DNA from: a virus
Direction: 5' to 3' (one strand)
IMG/VR virus record: IMGVR_UViG_3300045988_127013
Length of the DNA stretch: 41,984 nt
The position numbers and the translations under genes were made by a program. The notes beneath the pieces were generated by a model that saw nothing but the letters and a program-made list of their open reading frames with translations, searched no databases and had not been told where the DNA came from. Below, in pieces: positions 19,400 through 27,714 of this stretch; the first letter of the stretch is position 1, and each line of letters starts with the position of its first letter.

Positions 19400-19510
19400 A
19401 TTACAACATTGTAAAAAAAACAACACAAAAACTACAACATTATAAACACTACAACATACGCCGTACATGTTATGTTGTGTATATTACAACAACATCAAGG
19501 CGCACAACAA
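19400..19510. repeat. array of TACAACA(T) short direct repeats (iteron-like) with a partial inverted repeat
   Basis: TACAACA at 19403, 19433, 19449, 19485 plus ACAACAACAACA at 19503; partial inverted repeat ATGTTGTGTATATTACAACAACAT. Confidence 0.5.
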
Positions 19511-19792
19511 CAACATTAGTAATCATAATGATAGATCATAATGACATAATCTTGCAAAAATGTCAAAATGATTGATAAAACCCGATATAAAGCCTGCAAA
19601 CTAATGATGAATATCACCCAACAGAATAATATTATAAAATGATGGTGTCATTGTGTCAAATATATGATAATAATAATTATATGATAGAAGACTTGACACA
19701 ACAGTATAATGATTGTATAATAGCAAATGATATGGCTATGATAGAACTGTTGCACAACCAAAACAGTCACAACTGTCAATTTTTCACCCCTG

Positions 19793-19820
19793 TTGACAAA
19801 CACTATTTTTGTTGTAAAAT
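19793..19820 (+). promoter_or_regulatory. rightward promoter TTGACA-16-TAAAAT
   Basis: Consensus -35, TG adjacent to the -10; TGTTGTA (reverse of TACAACA) overlaps the -10. Confidence 0.5.
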
Positions 19821-19871
19821 ATACATTGTGCTTATTGCATAAAAAGAGTCATAAAAAAGTCAAAAAAAGTA

Positions 19872-19900
19872 TTGCATTTTATAAAAAGCATTGCTATAAT
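19872..19900 (+). promoter_or_regulatory. rightward promoter TTGCAT-17-TGcTATAAT
   Basis: Near-consensus -35, 17-nt spacer, consensus extended -10. Confidence 0.6.
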
Positions 19901-20002
19901 AAGAACATAGCAAAAGGCTAGAAAACTTTACAACTAAATTATCAGCTTGTGACGAGAACACAAGTAAAACAAAACGATATTATACATAATCTGATAAAAT
20001 GG

Positions 20003-20031
20003 TTGCAAATTTACAAGCACTATGCTATAAT
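20003..20031 (+). promoter_or_regulatory. rightward promoter TTGCAA-17-TGcTATAAT
   Basis: Same architecture as the 19872 promoter. Confidence 0.6.
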
Positions 20032-20331
20032 GAATACATAACGATAAGCAAACCAGCGCAACTCTGGTAAGATAAAGAACTAATAGGGCTTAGAGTTATG
20101 ACGAATGCTAGGCTAATAGATACCGCCGATATTTGGCAGGTACAAGGCTTATAAATCCAGACACCAAAGCCAGCCACTAGTGAGACAGGCTATTGCTAGA
20201 TATGCAAAAAGCCTAACGACGTGGGGGATATGCAAGGTTAGGTGTGTACTTTAACAATTTAAAAGCTTATACGTGCTGACAAGCCCTGGAACTGGGCGGG
20301 GCGTATAACAATACGATTATAGCTTGGGGGC

Positions 20332-20361
20332 TTGACAATATTAAGCCCCTTGTGCTACAAT
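20332..20361 (+). promoter_or_regulatory. early promoter P1, TTGACA-18-TGTGCTACAAT
   Basis: Member of a conserved family (TTGAC[AT]...GTGTGCTA[GC][TA]AT) found also at 23866, 27594, 31444 and on the minus strand at 19175. Confidence 0.6.
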
Positions 20362-20394
20362 GGTAGCATAACAATAATAAGAAGGAGGGATAAT

Positions 20395-20706
20395 ATGAAA
20401 CTATTCACAATCACGGCTACACCGTATCATATACGAAATAAGCGCGAAAAAAATGAGTCACTAGTAGCTTGCTACCCTAGTAATGTAAGTGAAATACTTG
20501 CTAAGCATGGGATAGATGGATTCACAATGTACCAGGTTATGGGATATTGGAAGGGTAGGGGTGAGCCGAGTTTTAAGATTGAAATTGCTATTGACAGTGA
20601 CTCAGAGAAGGTGTATACTGTAGCTAGGGAGTTACGACGGATGTACAATCAGGATGCTGTTATGCTAACTCTACCTGATAACACGGTAAAATTTATAGAG
20701 GATTAG
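20395..20706 (+). CDS. hypothetical early protein (103 aa)
   Basis: ATG preceded by GAAGGAGGG RBS; listed ORF 20332.. starts inside the promoter so the start is trimmed. Confidence 0.6.
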   Translation: MKLFTITATPYHIRNKREKNESLVACYPSNVSEILAKHGIDGFTMYQVMGYWKGRGEPSFKIEIAIDSDSEKVYTVARELRRMYNQDAVMLTLPDNTVKFIED

Positions 20707-20781
20707 GGGGGTATAGTATAAAATTAAGCACGGCTGAATATATAGCACTAGTATTAACAATTAACAATAAGGAGTTATAAA

Positions 20782-21093
20782 ATGACTAAGGCTGAACGGA
20801 TAAAAGCATACAATGATCTATACCCAGGATTTAATATCACGGGTATCAAGAAGATGACAGAGCGTGAAATTGAATCACGTATTCAATGGGGTGGGCGATC
20901 ACTCAGAGATGTATACAAGCGACCTAGCTATGCTAAGCTTGAAGCATATGATGACTTGATTGAACAGTACCGCCCTAAGAGTATACTAGCGATTCAAGGC
21001 AATAGCCAATCATTTTCAGTGCTATTGGTGGCGTGGAATGGCGATACGCTACATATCACTAAGGATAATAACTATCTGGTGGAGAGGGCATAA
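20782..21093 (+). CDS. hypothetical early protein (103 aa)
   Basis: AAGGAG RBS. Confidence 0.55.
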   Translation: MTKAERIKAYNDLYPGFNITGIKKMTEREIESRIQWGGRSLRDVYKRPSYAKLEAYDDLIEQYRPKSILAIQGNSQSFSVLLVAWNGDTLHITKDNNYLVERA

Positions 21094-21094
21094 G

Positions 21095-21304
21095 ATGAGT
21101 AAAGTATTTAAGGTGGAATTTAGCTATACAGTATATGGTGTAGCACAACATATTGAAGCTGATACGCAAGAAGAGGCTGAGAAGTGGCTATTCGATGAAC
21201 TATCACTTAACGGCATCGGTGAGTTTACAGATGAGAATGCGCAATTTGAAGCTAAGGTGACTGACCGTGAATATAACACTCAGAATGCGAAGGAGATTGA
21301 ATAA
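21095..21304 (+). CDS. hypothetical early protein (69 aa), acidic
   Basis: Internal ATG with GAGAGGG RBS; listed ORF 21038.. overlaps upstream gene. Confidence 0.5.
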   Translation: MSKVFKVEFSYTVYGVAQHIEADTQEEAEKWLFDELSLNGIGEFTDENAQFEAKVTDREYNTQNAKEIE

Positions 21305-21819
21305 TGGCAACAAATAACTTTACAAGCGTAAACCCCACGGGGATATATGCTATAGACTTGTTGAATGATGAATGGGCGCAAGATGACCTTGACCTTATTC
21401 ACGAAAATGTTATACGTGAACTACAAGGGATGGGACTTGACACCCGTGAACAAGATTGTTTAGGTAGTCAAGAGGGGTGGCTGTTCGGTATGGTGTACGG
21501 GGTTGACAATGGCAACTATGAGTATGTAACTGTTGAACTACAGACACGCAATGGATACTATGAAGGCGCAAACCTTGATTATGTAGTGGGATACCTGGTG
21601 GATGGTGTTGAGTATGACGATGAGTCACTAGAGGATGCTTATGTATTTAATAAGCGTAAACAGGATTATGTTGAAATATCTAAGACACGGGTGAAGAGAC
21701 TAAGAACACAAGCACGGGCTATTGTCAAGAAGATTGATAAGGTATATAGCAATAACACGACAGTGTTACGCAAGGTTGGTCAGTTTAATAACGGAGAGGC
21801 GATATACGAGAGTGTGTAG
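21304..21819 (+). CDS. hypothetical acidic early protein (171 aa)
   Basis: ATGG overlap with upstream gene; very acidic (D/E-rich). Confidence 0.55.
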   Translation: MATNNFTSVNPTGIYAIDLLNDEWAQDDLDLIHENVIRELQGMGLDTREQDCLGSQEGWLFGMVYGVDNGNYEYVTVELQTRNGYYEGANLDYVVGYLVDGVEYDDESLEDAYVFNKRKQDYVEISKTRVKRLRTQARAIVKKIDKVYSNNTTVLRKVGQFNNGEAIYESV

Positions 21820-21912
21820 ATATAAGCTAATGTTTAAAATACCACAGTGGTTGACACAAGAGTTGACACGTGCTAGAATAACATTTAACCTAGATAAGAA
21901 GGGATTATAGAA

Positions 21913-22050
21913 ATGAGTAAGCGCGAGAAGGTGATCCTAGCGGTGGTACTAGTGGTGACGGCGGTGGCGGTCTATATCGACCACCAAAGCACTCAAGAAT
22001 GTTTGAAGCGTGGCGGGGCGGAATTGGTCTGCTATGGTATAAAAGGATAG
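21913..22050 (+). CDS. possible small membrane protein (45 aa)
   Basis: MSKREKVILAVVLVVTAVAVYIDH...: one predicted TM helix; ATG after GAAGGGA; below ORF-track cutoff. Confidence 0.35.
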   Translation: MSKREKVILAVVLVVTAVAVYIDHQSTQECLKRGGAELVCYGIKG

Positions 22051-22181
22051 AAGAGAAGAAGAGAAGGAGTAAAGAAGTGAGTAAAATTAAAATGCCATCA
22101 GTTAGCGAGCTTATGCGACGATGAGGAGGATGCTATCATTGCATTGATGGAAGATTTAGAGAAGAGAGGATTGTTAAAATA

Positions 22182-22709
22182 ATGAATATTGAAGAGATTG
22201 CCAAAGAGATGGCGCGGGATGGGTACAACCCAAAAGACGACGGAGCGAATAACAGAGCACTGAAAGAATACCTACAGACGCAAGCGGGACTGAAGGACTA
22301 TAAAGAGTGGATAACGTCTATGCTTGAGGCGCAATACAACAGCGAGGACGTGGAGGAAGCCTTGAAAAATTGCACGGTGGCGGATTGGCTGGACGATATG
22401 CTGAATACACCAGGCGAGCCGATAGCTAAAAATATCCTAGACGGCTGGCGCGATAAAGAGATTGCGGCGTGGATAGAAATATTAAGTGCGCTAGAGAACA
22501 CACACGACAAGGTCAAGGAAGCAGCAGAAGACTCAGACGGCAGGTATTACCTGGAGCTATCGAAAAACCTGGGCACGCTTTACGTGATGGACAACGATGA
22601 TTATAGCGTGGTTGAGGCGTACGACCTCTGGGCAATCCGGAACGAGCTAGAAAAGCAAGGCGACTGGACAGAGGCGGATTATTGTGACATTAAAGATGTA
22701 GTAAGGTAA
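22182..22709 (+). CDS. hypothetical acidic early protein (175 aa)
   Basis: ORF, D/E-rich. Confidence 0.55.
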   Translation: MNIEEIAKEMARDGYNPKDDGANNRALKEYLQTQAGLKDYKEWITSMLEAQYNSEDVEEALKNCTVADWLDDMLNTPGEPIAKNILDGWRDKEIAAWIEILSALENTHDKVKEAAEDSDGRYYLELSKNLGTLYVMDNDDYSVVEAYDLWAIRNELEKQGDWTEADYCDIKDVVR

Positions 22710-22774
22710 ATTTTTCTATTGACTACAAATACATAGTGTGCTAAGATAGAAGCATAACATAAGAAAGGGTTATA

Positions 22775-22999
22775 ATGAAAGTATATATAGAAGAAATTGA
22801 AGAACTAAGTGCCCACGGGGTTACAACGTACAGTTTAGTACAGGGTATGAGTGTGTACCATGCAGATGTACGGGCGAGTGGCATCGAGATTGTATCACGC
22901 AATATGGATACAGGCGAGAGTACGCCACTTGGCAACAACAGCGAAAAATATAAAGAACTGGTTAGGGCACTAGTGCCTGAACTATATAAGGAGAAATAA
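22775..22999 (+). CDS. hypothetical protein (74 aa)
   Basis: AAGAAAGGG RBS. Confidence 0.5.
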   Translation: MKVYIEEIEELSAHGVTTYSLVQGMSVYHADVRASGIEIVSRNMDTGESTPLGNNSEKYKELVRALVPELYKEK

Positions 23000-23000
23000 G

Positions 23001-23255
23001 ATGACAAAACGACCAAATAAACTAGGACGGATCGAGGGTGAAACTAAGGTACGTTGGTACAAGAAAACTAACTGGAGAGTGATTGGCAAAACCGTATTGG
23101 CGGTTGGGCTGGTTGCACTTGGTGTACTAGGTACGCTACAATACCAGAAGATTATTAACAACATTAAAGCCGAAGGAGTAGCTGAGTACAAGCTTACCTG
23201 TGAGAAATTCACTGACAAGGATAAGAAGGTCACTTGGCTAGAGTGTGATGAGTAA
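23001..23255 (+). CDS. small membrane protein (84 aa, one TM helix)
   Basis: Hydrophobic stretch VIGKTVLAVGLVALGVLGTL; GGAG RBS. Confidence 0.5.
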   Translation: MTKRPNKLGRIEGETKVRWYKKTNWRVIGKTVLAVGLVALGVLGTLQYQKIINNIKAEGVAEYKLTCEKFTDKDKKVTWLECDE

Positions 23256-23475
23256 TTTAAGCGAAGAAACTTTAGAAAAGATACAGGCGGATACTATGGG
23301 ACAAGAGAACGAAGCAGCACTAGATGCAGCATACGAAGATGGGCTACAAGCCGGACGTGAAGAGATGGAGCTAGAGATGCTAGACCAAATCGATGAAGCA
23401 CGTAAAGAAGGTTACGATGAAGGTCACGCTGAGGCACTTGAAAATGCTATTAAGGCAATGGAGGGACTACAGTAA
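23245..23475 (+). CDS. hypothetical highly acidic protein (76 aa)
   Basis: ORF; E/D-rich helical. Confidence 0.5.
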   Translation: MMSNLSEETLEKIQADTMGQENEAALDAAYEDGLQAGREEMELEMLDQIDEARKEGYDEGHAEALENAIKAMEGLQ

Positions 23476-23717
23476 TGAGCAGTTTTGATGAAGATATGAA
23501 AGAGATGCGGAGGCAGGTGACTGCTGAAGTAATCTACACAATCGGTTCAGACCCCAGGCTATATAACCTATTAAAGAATAACAAGACCGGTAAGGAGATG
23601 AAGGTAGCAGTGTACGCTTATGCCGAGGAACACGACAACGAGTTCGGGCCGGTGTTCAAAGCTGAGCTGGATGCACTTAACCGGAACGACTGGAAAGCTG
23701 TTGTGGAGGGTATCTAG
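23475..23717 (+). CDS. hypothetical protein (80 aa)
   Basis: ATGA overlap with upstream gene. Confidence 0.5.
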   Translation: MSSFDEDMKEMRRQVTAEVIYTIGSDPRLYNLLKNNKTGKEMKVAVYAYAEEHDNEFGPVFKAELDALNRNDWKAVVEGI

Positions 23718-23865
23718 TGAAAATAAGGAAAACGCAGCCATCCCGCCTAGTGTTGGGCGGGGTGATAGCTACACTATATGTAGTGGTGGTTGTAATATTA
23801 TGGCACTATGTCATATACGGATAGGGTAAAAATAGAAAAAAGTGCTATAAAATTGCAAAAAACTA

Positions 23866-23894
23866 TTGACAAATTAAGACAAGTGTGCTAGTAT
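23866..23894 (+). promoter_or_regulatory. promoter P2, TTGACA-17-GTGTGCTAGTAT
   Basis: Consensus -35, 17-nt spacer, extended -10; followed by an untranslated leader of about 350 nt. Confidence 0.6.
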
Positions 23895-24258
23895 GGATAG
23901 TATGGGGCAAGTACTCGGACGAGTCGAAGCCCCAAACATCAAGTCTAATGTGGGTGTCCGTCTGACCCATTGCAAAATCTCAGACGAGGGTAAATCTTCT
24001 ATATGACGAAACTTCCGCTCTGACGTGGGACTGTCAACGGAGACGCTGGTGCACTGAAAGGTGTTTTATGTCACAAATATAGGAGGAAAACCACTTGAAA
24101 TAATCGTAAGGACGGGATGCCTTGAATAAGGTCTGTAGCGTGTTGGCGACAGCTTGCGATGCGTTTGGTGATTAGATGGTTGGAGGCTATAATTCCCTGG
24201 GCGGTTCACCAGCGGGATAAAGTCCCTTATACCCAAAAATAGTTAGAGAAAGGATTAC

Positions 24259-24843
24259 ATGAGGTTATATAAGCTTTTAAAGGATACACCAACAATCAAG
24301 GCTGGGACTATATTCCGGGAGGTTGTTAGTGACTACGATGGGGCAATGGAGCTGGCACGAGTTACGCCAATTGGGGCTAAAACCAACCCCCAATGGACTA
24401 TCCAAGATATAAATAATTTTGATGAGTGGTTTGAGAAAATCGAACCGACAGACAGTATTCACTGGAAGCCTAAAATAGGTGATAGGTTTTGGACGTCAGG
24501 CAATACGAGTGTTTATTCTCAAATCTGGAAAGATGACGAATTTGACAGAAGCTGTTACGAATCAGGTAAGGTATACAAAACTAAGGAAGAATGTGAAAAA
24601 GCCTATAAGCGTGAACTAGCCGAAGTAAGACTACGTCGGACATCAACATTTAAGCCAGATTTTGAGAATGATAGAGGTGGCTGGGTTGTGTGCCATTACC
24701 GCGGAAGATTAGACTGCATAAAAACCTATAGCTGCGATAGTGGCGAGCTTGTACGTTACGAAACTATGAAAGACGCTGAAAAATCTATTAAAGAAAACGA
24801 GCAGGATTGGAAGATTTATTTTGGAATAAAGGAGGAAGAATGA
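24259..24843 (+). CDS. hypothetical protein (194 aa)
   Basis: AGAGAAAGGA RBS; ORF. Confidence 0.55.
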   Translation: MRLYKLLKDTPTIKAGTIFREVVSDYDGAMELARVTPIGAKTNPQWTIQDINNFDEWFEKIEPTDSIHWKPKIGDRFWTSGNTSVYSQIWKDDEFDRSCYESGKVYKTKEECEKAYKRELAEVRLRRTSTFKPDFENDRGGWVVCHYRGRLDCIKTYSCDSGELVRYETMKDAEKSIKENEQDWKIYFGIKEEE

Positions 24844-25070
24844 AAGAATTTAGTATTCCAGTAAAAATAACTTTAGACTGTTATTTATCGGTGAAAGCTA
24901 ATAATCAAGACGAGGCTTACGAAGTCGCTGATGACACTATGTACTGGGCATACCAAAATGGCGCACCAGAGCAACATAAAGACTTGTCTATTCTAGATTG
25001 TGAGATAGCAGTGGATGGTGAAGATATAGATTTAGACGAGTGGAGAGACCCGTCAGATACAGATTCGTAA
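24840..25070 (+). CDS. hypothetical acidic protein (76 aa)
   Basis: ATGA overlap with upstream stop, GGAGG RBS; listed ORF 24807.. trimmed. Confidence 0.5.
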   Translation: MKEFSIPVKITLDCYLSVKANNQDEAYEVADDTMYWAYQNGAPEQHKDLSILDCEIAVDGEDIDLDEWRDPSDTDS

Positions 25071-25654
25071 ATATGTACTCTACGGGTGACCTGAGCAAGT
25101 CGTTAAACTGCTCAACCAGGTACAAATCGTACCCAGTTAGAACATTAAATTCAACCGTAGAACTGGCAGCATGACCTGAGGAATAAAGCTGGGTTCCCGA
25201 ACGGGAGTAAGCCGAAAGGTGAGAAATCCTTTGCTCCGTGATTATGCTGTCAACTGGCAACGTCAGTGTCTAGGCTTTTCATTTGCTTATAGAATTGAGT
25301 GCAGGCGGAAATCGGCTCAATCTGGTGCTGTCAACTGGCTATATAAGTGGCGGAATAGGTAAAGATTAACTGACAGCTTAGACTAAGCCTCGTATGAAAA
25401 TACGACCCCTGGGATGAAAGCAAAAAGCCGCATAATGTAAAATAGGGAAAAGTCAGTTGCGTAACTGTGATGTGACTATACGAAACCTAATTCCCTCACA
25501 TTCGAGGAAATTAAAACTCGGCAAATCATCACCTTATATAGCCATCCAGTTCTGCGGTTGAAATCACCAACTACAAATAAGCGAGAATAAAATAACAGAG
25601 GTGGAGCTACTAAATGTCGTGCCTCGTATAAATAAAGAAAGGAGATGTTAATAA

Positions 25655-25912
25655 ATGACACAGGTTACTAATCAAGGAGATGCGTTTTATTTTATGAAAT
25701 ATCTTGGTGGAGACACCAAAATTACCAGCTCTGATGGGAGTACATTTCGGGGTTTAATCAAAGATGAAGCTTATGAAGTATACCTAGAGAGGTCTCTAAA
25801 GAACAACATTCCTCCTCTTTGGAGGTTGAGCATCTTTGTACCTAATAAGGGTGACGTGTTGATATATTACTATGACATTAAACATTTCACAGAAGAATGG
25901 AAAGATGAATAA
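25655..25912 (+). CDS. hypothetical protein (85 aa)
   Basis: AAAGGAG RBS. Confidence 0.55.
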   Translation: MTQVTNQGDAFYFMKYLGGDTKITSSDGSTFRGLIKDEAYEVYLERSLKNNIPPLWRLSIFVPNKGDVLIYYYDIKHFTEEWKDE

Positions 25913-25935
25913 AAAATAACAGGGGGACTGGATAT

Positions 25936-26214
25936 ATGAGGGGAAAGGGGGCAGTAACAGGTCAAGCTGATATTTTTGGTATTATTCACAACCTAGATAA
26001 GTTGGTACATCCGCCTAGTGTTATTGAATCTGAGGGACTGCGGGTTATTCACTTTGCAATATCTGAGGACGACATGGCTGTACCGGGTTATTTTAAGGAA
26101 GTAAAAGAGCAGGCTAGACGATTGTTACCAGAGACTAAATCACGAGGTAAACCGCCCTGGATGAGGGCTGAATGGCAGGCTAAACGGAGAAAGGAGAGGG
26201 ATGCAGCAGGATAG
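25936..26214 (+). CDS. hypothetical basic protein (92 aa)
   Basis: ORF with GGGGGA RBS; overlaps helicase start by 14 nt. Confidence 0.5.
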   Translation: MRGKGAVTGQADIFGIIHNLDKLVHPPSVIESEGLRVIHFAISEDDMAVPGYFKEVKEQARRLLPETKSRGKPPWMRAEWQAKRRKERDAAG

Positions 26215-27424
26215 AGCGCTTGAAATAATGCTTCGAGGTGATAATGTTATGCTGACCGGCCCTGCTGGTGCTGGTAAGTCCTATCTCCTGAATAAGTTTA
26301 TTAGCAAGGCGCGGAGGCAAAAGAAAAAGGTGGTGGTGACAGCAACCACAGGACTTGCAGCAGCACACCTGAGCGGTCAGACAATCCATAGCTGGAGTGG
26401 CATCGGGTTGGGATCTAAACTACATGAAGACTACATTTACATGATGTCTGAGACGAGAAAAAGGGCAATACGTAAGACAGATGTTTTGATTATTGACGAG
26501 GTGTCGATGATGCATGATTATAACCTTGATATGGTTAATCAGGCTATGCAGATTATACGAGAGAATAATGAGCCGATGGGCGGTATTCAAACTATCCTGT
26601 GTGGCGACTTTTTCCAGCTTCCACCCGTGTCAACCAATGGCAGCGGTCGGTTTATCACTGAATCAACAACATGGCACGATCTGGGATTGTCTGTTTGCTA
26701 TCTGGAGGAACAACACAGGGCAGAGGATCTGCGCCTGCAGGACATATTAAACGCCATGAGGGCCGGAGATATGCGACAGAGGCATTTGGACTGGTTGCTG
26801 TCTAGGATGCGTCAGAAAGCCCCTAGTGACGTTACAAGGCTATATACAACTAATGCTGACGTTGATGAGTTAAACCGGCGAGAATTAGCAGGAGTGTCTG
26901 GTGATAGTCATTTCTACATGCGGACCAGTCGTGGTCGATGGGAAGCAATTCTCAGCTTACAACGCAATGTACTTGCCCCTGAGCTGCTTGAGCTAAAGCT
27001 TGGTGCTATGGTTATGGCAGTAAAAAACGACCCAGAGGGTCGCTATCATAATGGGAGTATAGGTTCGGTTATAGACTTCACGAGTGACGGGTTCCCTATA
27101 GTGAATTTTGGTCATCCTGTTATAGTTTATCCTGATGAGTGGGAATTGCGGTCGGGTGACAGAATAACAGCCGCGATCACACAGATACCACTACGTCTAG
27201 CTTACGCAATCACCGTACATAAGAGTCAAGGCATGACGCTTGACGCGGCCGAGATAGATCTGAGAAAAGCGTTTGTTGAGGGTATGGGCTATGTGGCCTT
27301 GAGCCGGGTTAAAAACCTTGATAATCTGTATCTCATAGGGATAAACCAGAGGGCATTAAAGGTATCAAAAAAAGCTCAGCAAATTGATGCGGAGCTTCGT
27401 AATAGATCAAAACTTTTGGCATAA
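26201..27424 (+). CDS. Pif1/RecD-like SF1 DNA helicase, 407 aa
   Basis: Walker A LTGPAGAGKSYLL, Walker B VLIIDEVSM, GDFFQLPPV motif, and motif V VHKSQGMTLD. Confidence 0.8.
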   Translation: MQQDRALEIMLRGDNVMLTGPAGAGKSYLLNKFISKARRQKKKVVVTATTGLAAAHLSGQTIHSWSGIGLGSKLHEDYIYMMSETRKRAIRKTDVLIIDEVSMMHDYNLDMVNQAMQIIRENNEPMGGIQTILCGDFFQLPPVSTNGSGRFITESTTWHDLGLSVCYLEEQHRAEDLRLQDILNAMRAGDMRQRHLDWLLSRMRQKAPSDVTRLYTTNADVDELNRRELAGVSGDSHFYMRTSRGRWEAILSLQRNVLAPELLELKLGAMVMAVKNDPEGRYHNGSIGSVIDFTSDGFPIVNFGHPVIVYPDEWELRSGDRITAAITQIPLRLAYAITVHKSQGMTLDAAEIDLRKAFVEGMGYVALSRVKNLDNLYLIGINQRALKVSKKAQQIDAELRNRSKLLA

Positions 27425-27428
27425 AAAA

Positions 27429-27454
27429 GAACCCCCGAGGGATTTTAGGGGTTC
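27429..27454. terminator. hairpin (7-bp stem GAACCCC/GGGGTTC); possible terminator, stronger on the minus strand (followed by T7 there)
   Basis: Stem-loop right after the helicase stop; no U-tract on the plus strand, U-tract on the minus strand. Confidence 0.35.
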
Positions 27455-27559
27455 ATAAAACCTAATGGTTTTTGAGAAGAAAGGAGTTGTAGAGAAAACT
27501 CTACACTAACAAATATATCATACATTTGGTGTTTTGTCAAGGGGTTAATTTGATGATTT

Positions 27560-27621
27560 GTAAATTCTACAACACATTTTTGGTTAAAGGTATTGACTTT
27601 TAATAAGATCTGTGCTAAGAT
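27560..27621 (+). promoter_or_regulatory. promoter cassette P3: conserved box GTAAATTCTACAACA, 19 nt, TTGACT-16-TGTGCTAAGAT
   Basis: Same box and same 19-nt box-to--35 spacing as the P4 cassette at 31410..31472. Confidence 0.55.
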
Positions 27622-27639
27622 GAAATAAGAAAGGTAGCA

Positions 27640-27714
27640 ATGGGTGCAATAATATTACTAATAATTGTAGGCATCATATACGCAATAACGTTTAAAATGA
27701 CAAAGGAGTTGTAA
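27640..27714 (+). CDS. possible 24-aa hydrophobic micropeptide (MGAIILLIIVGIIYAITFKMTKEL)
   Basis: ORF in the P3 leader; TAATG stop/start overlap with the downstream gene; weak RBS; speculative. Confidence 0.3.
   Translation: MGAIILLIIVGIIYAITFKMTKEL

Noticed and set aside
19237-19842. ORFs of 112 and 67 aa in the divergent control region
   Set aside because: Low-complexity translations (Tyr/Thr/His runs), no RBS, overlap promoter and iteron repeats; more plausibly non-coding.
25071-25654. Possible group I intron (AGACTAAG R-like element at 25381, GACTATA at 25473)
   Set aside because: No complementary TAGTC partner to form P7 on the same strand, no P/Q pairing found, and flanking ORFs do not look like split halves of one gene.
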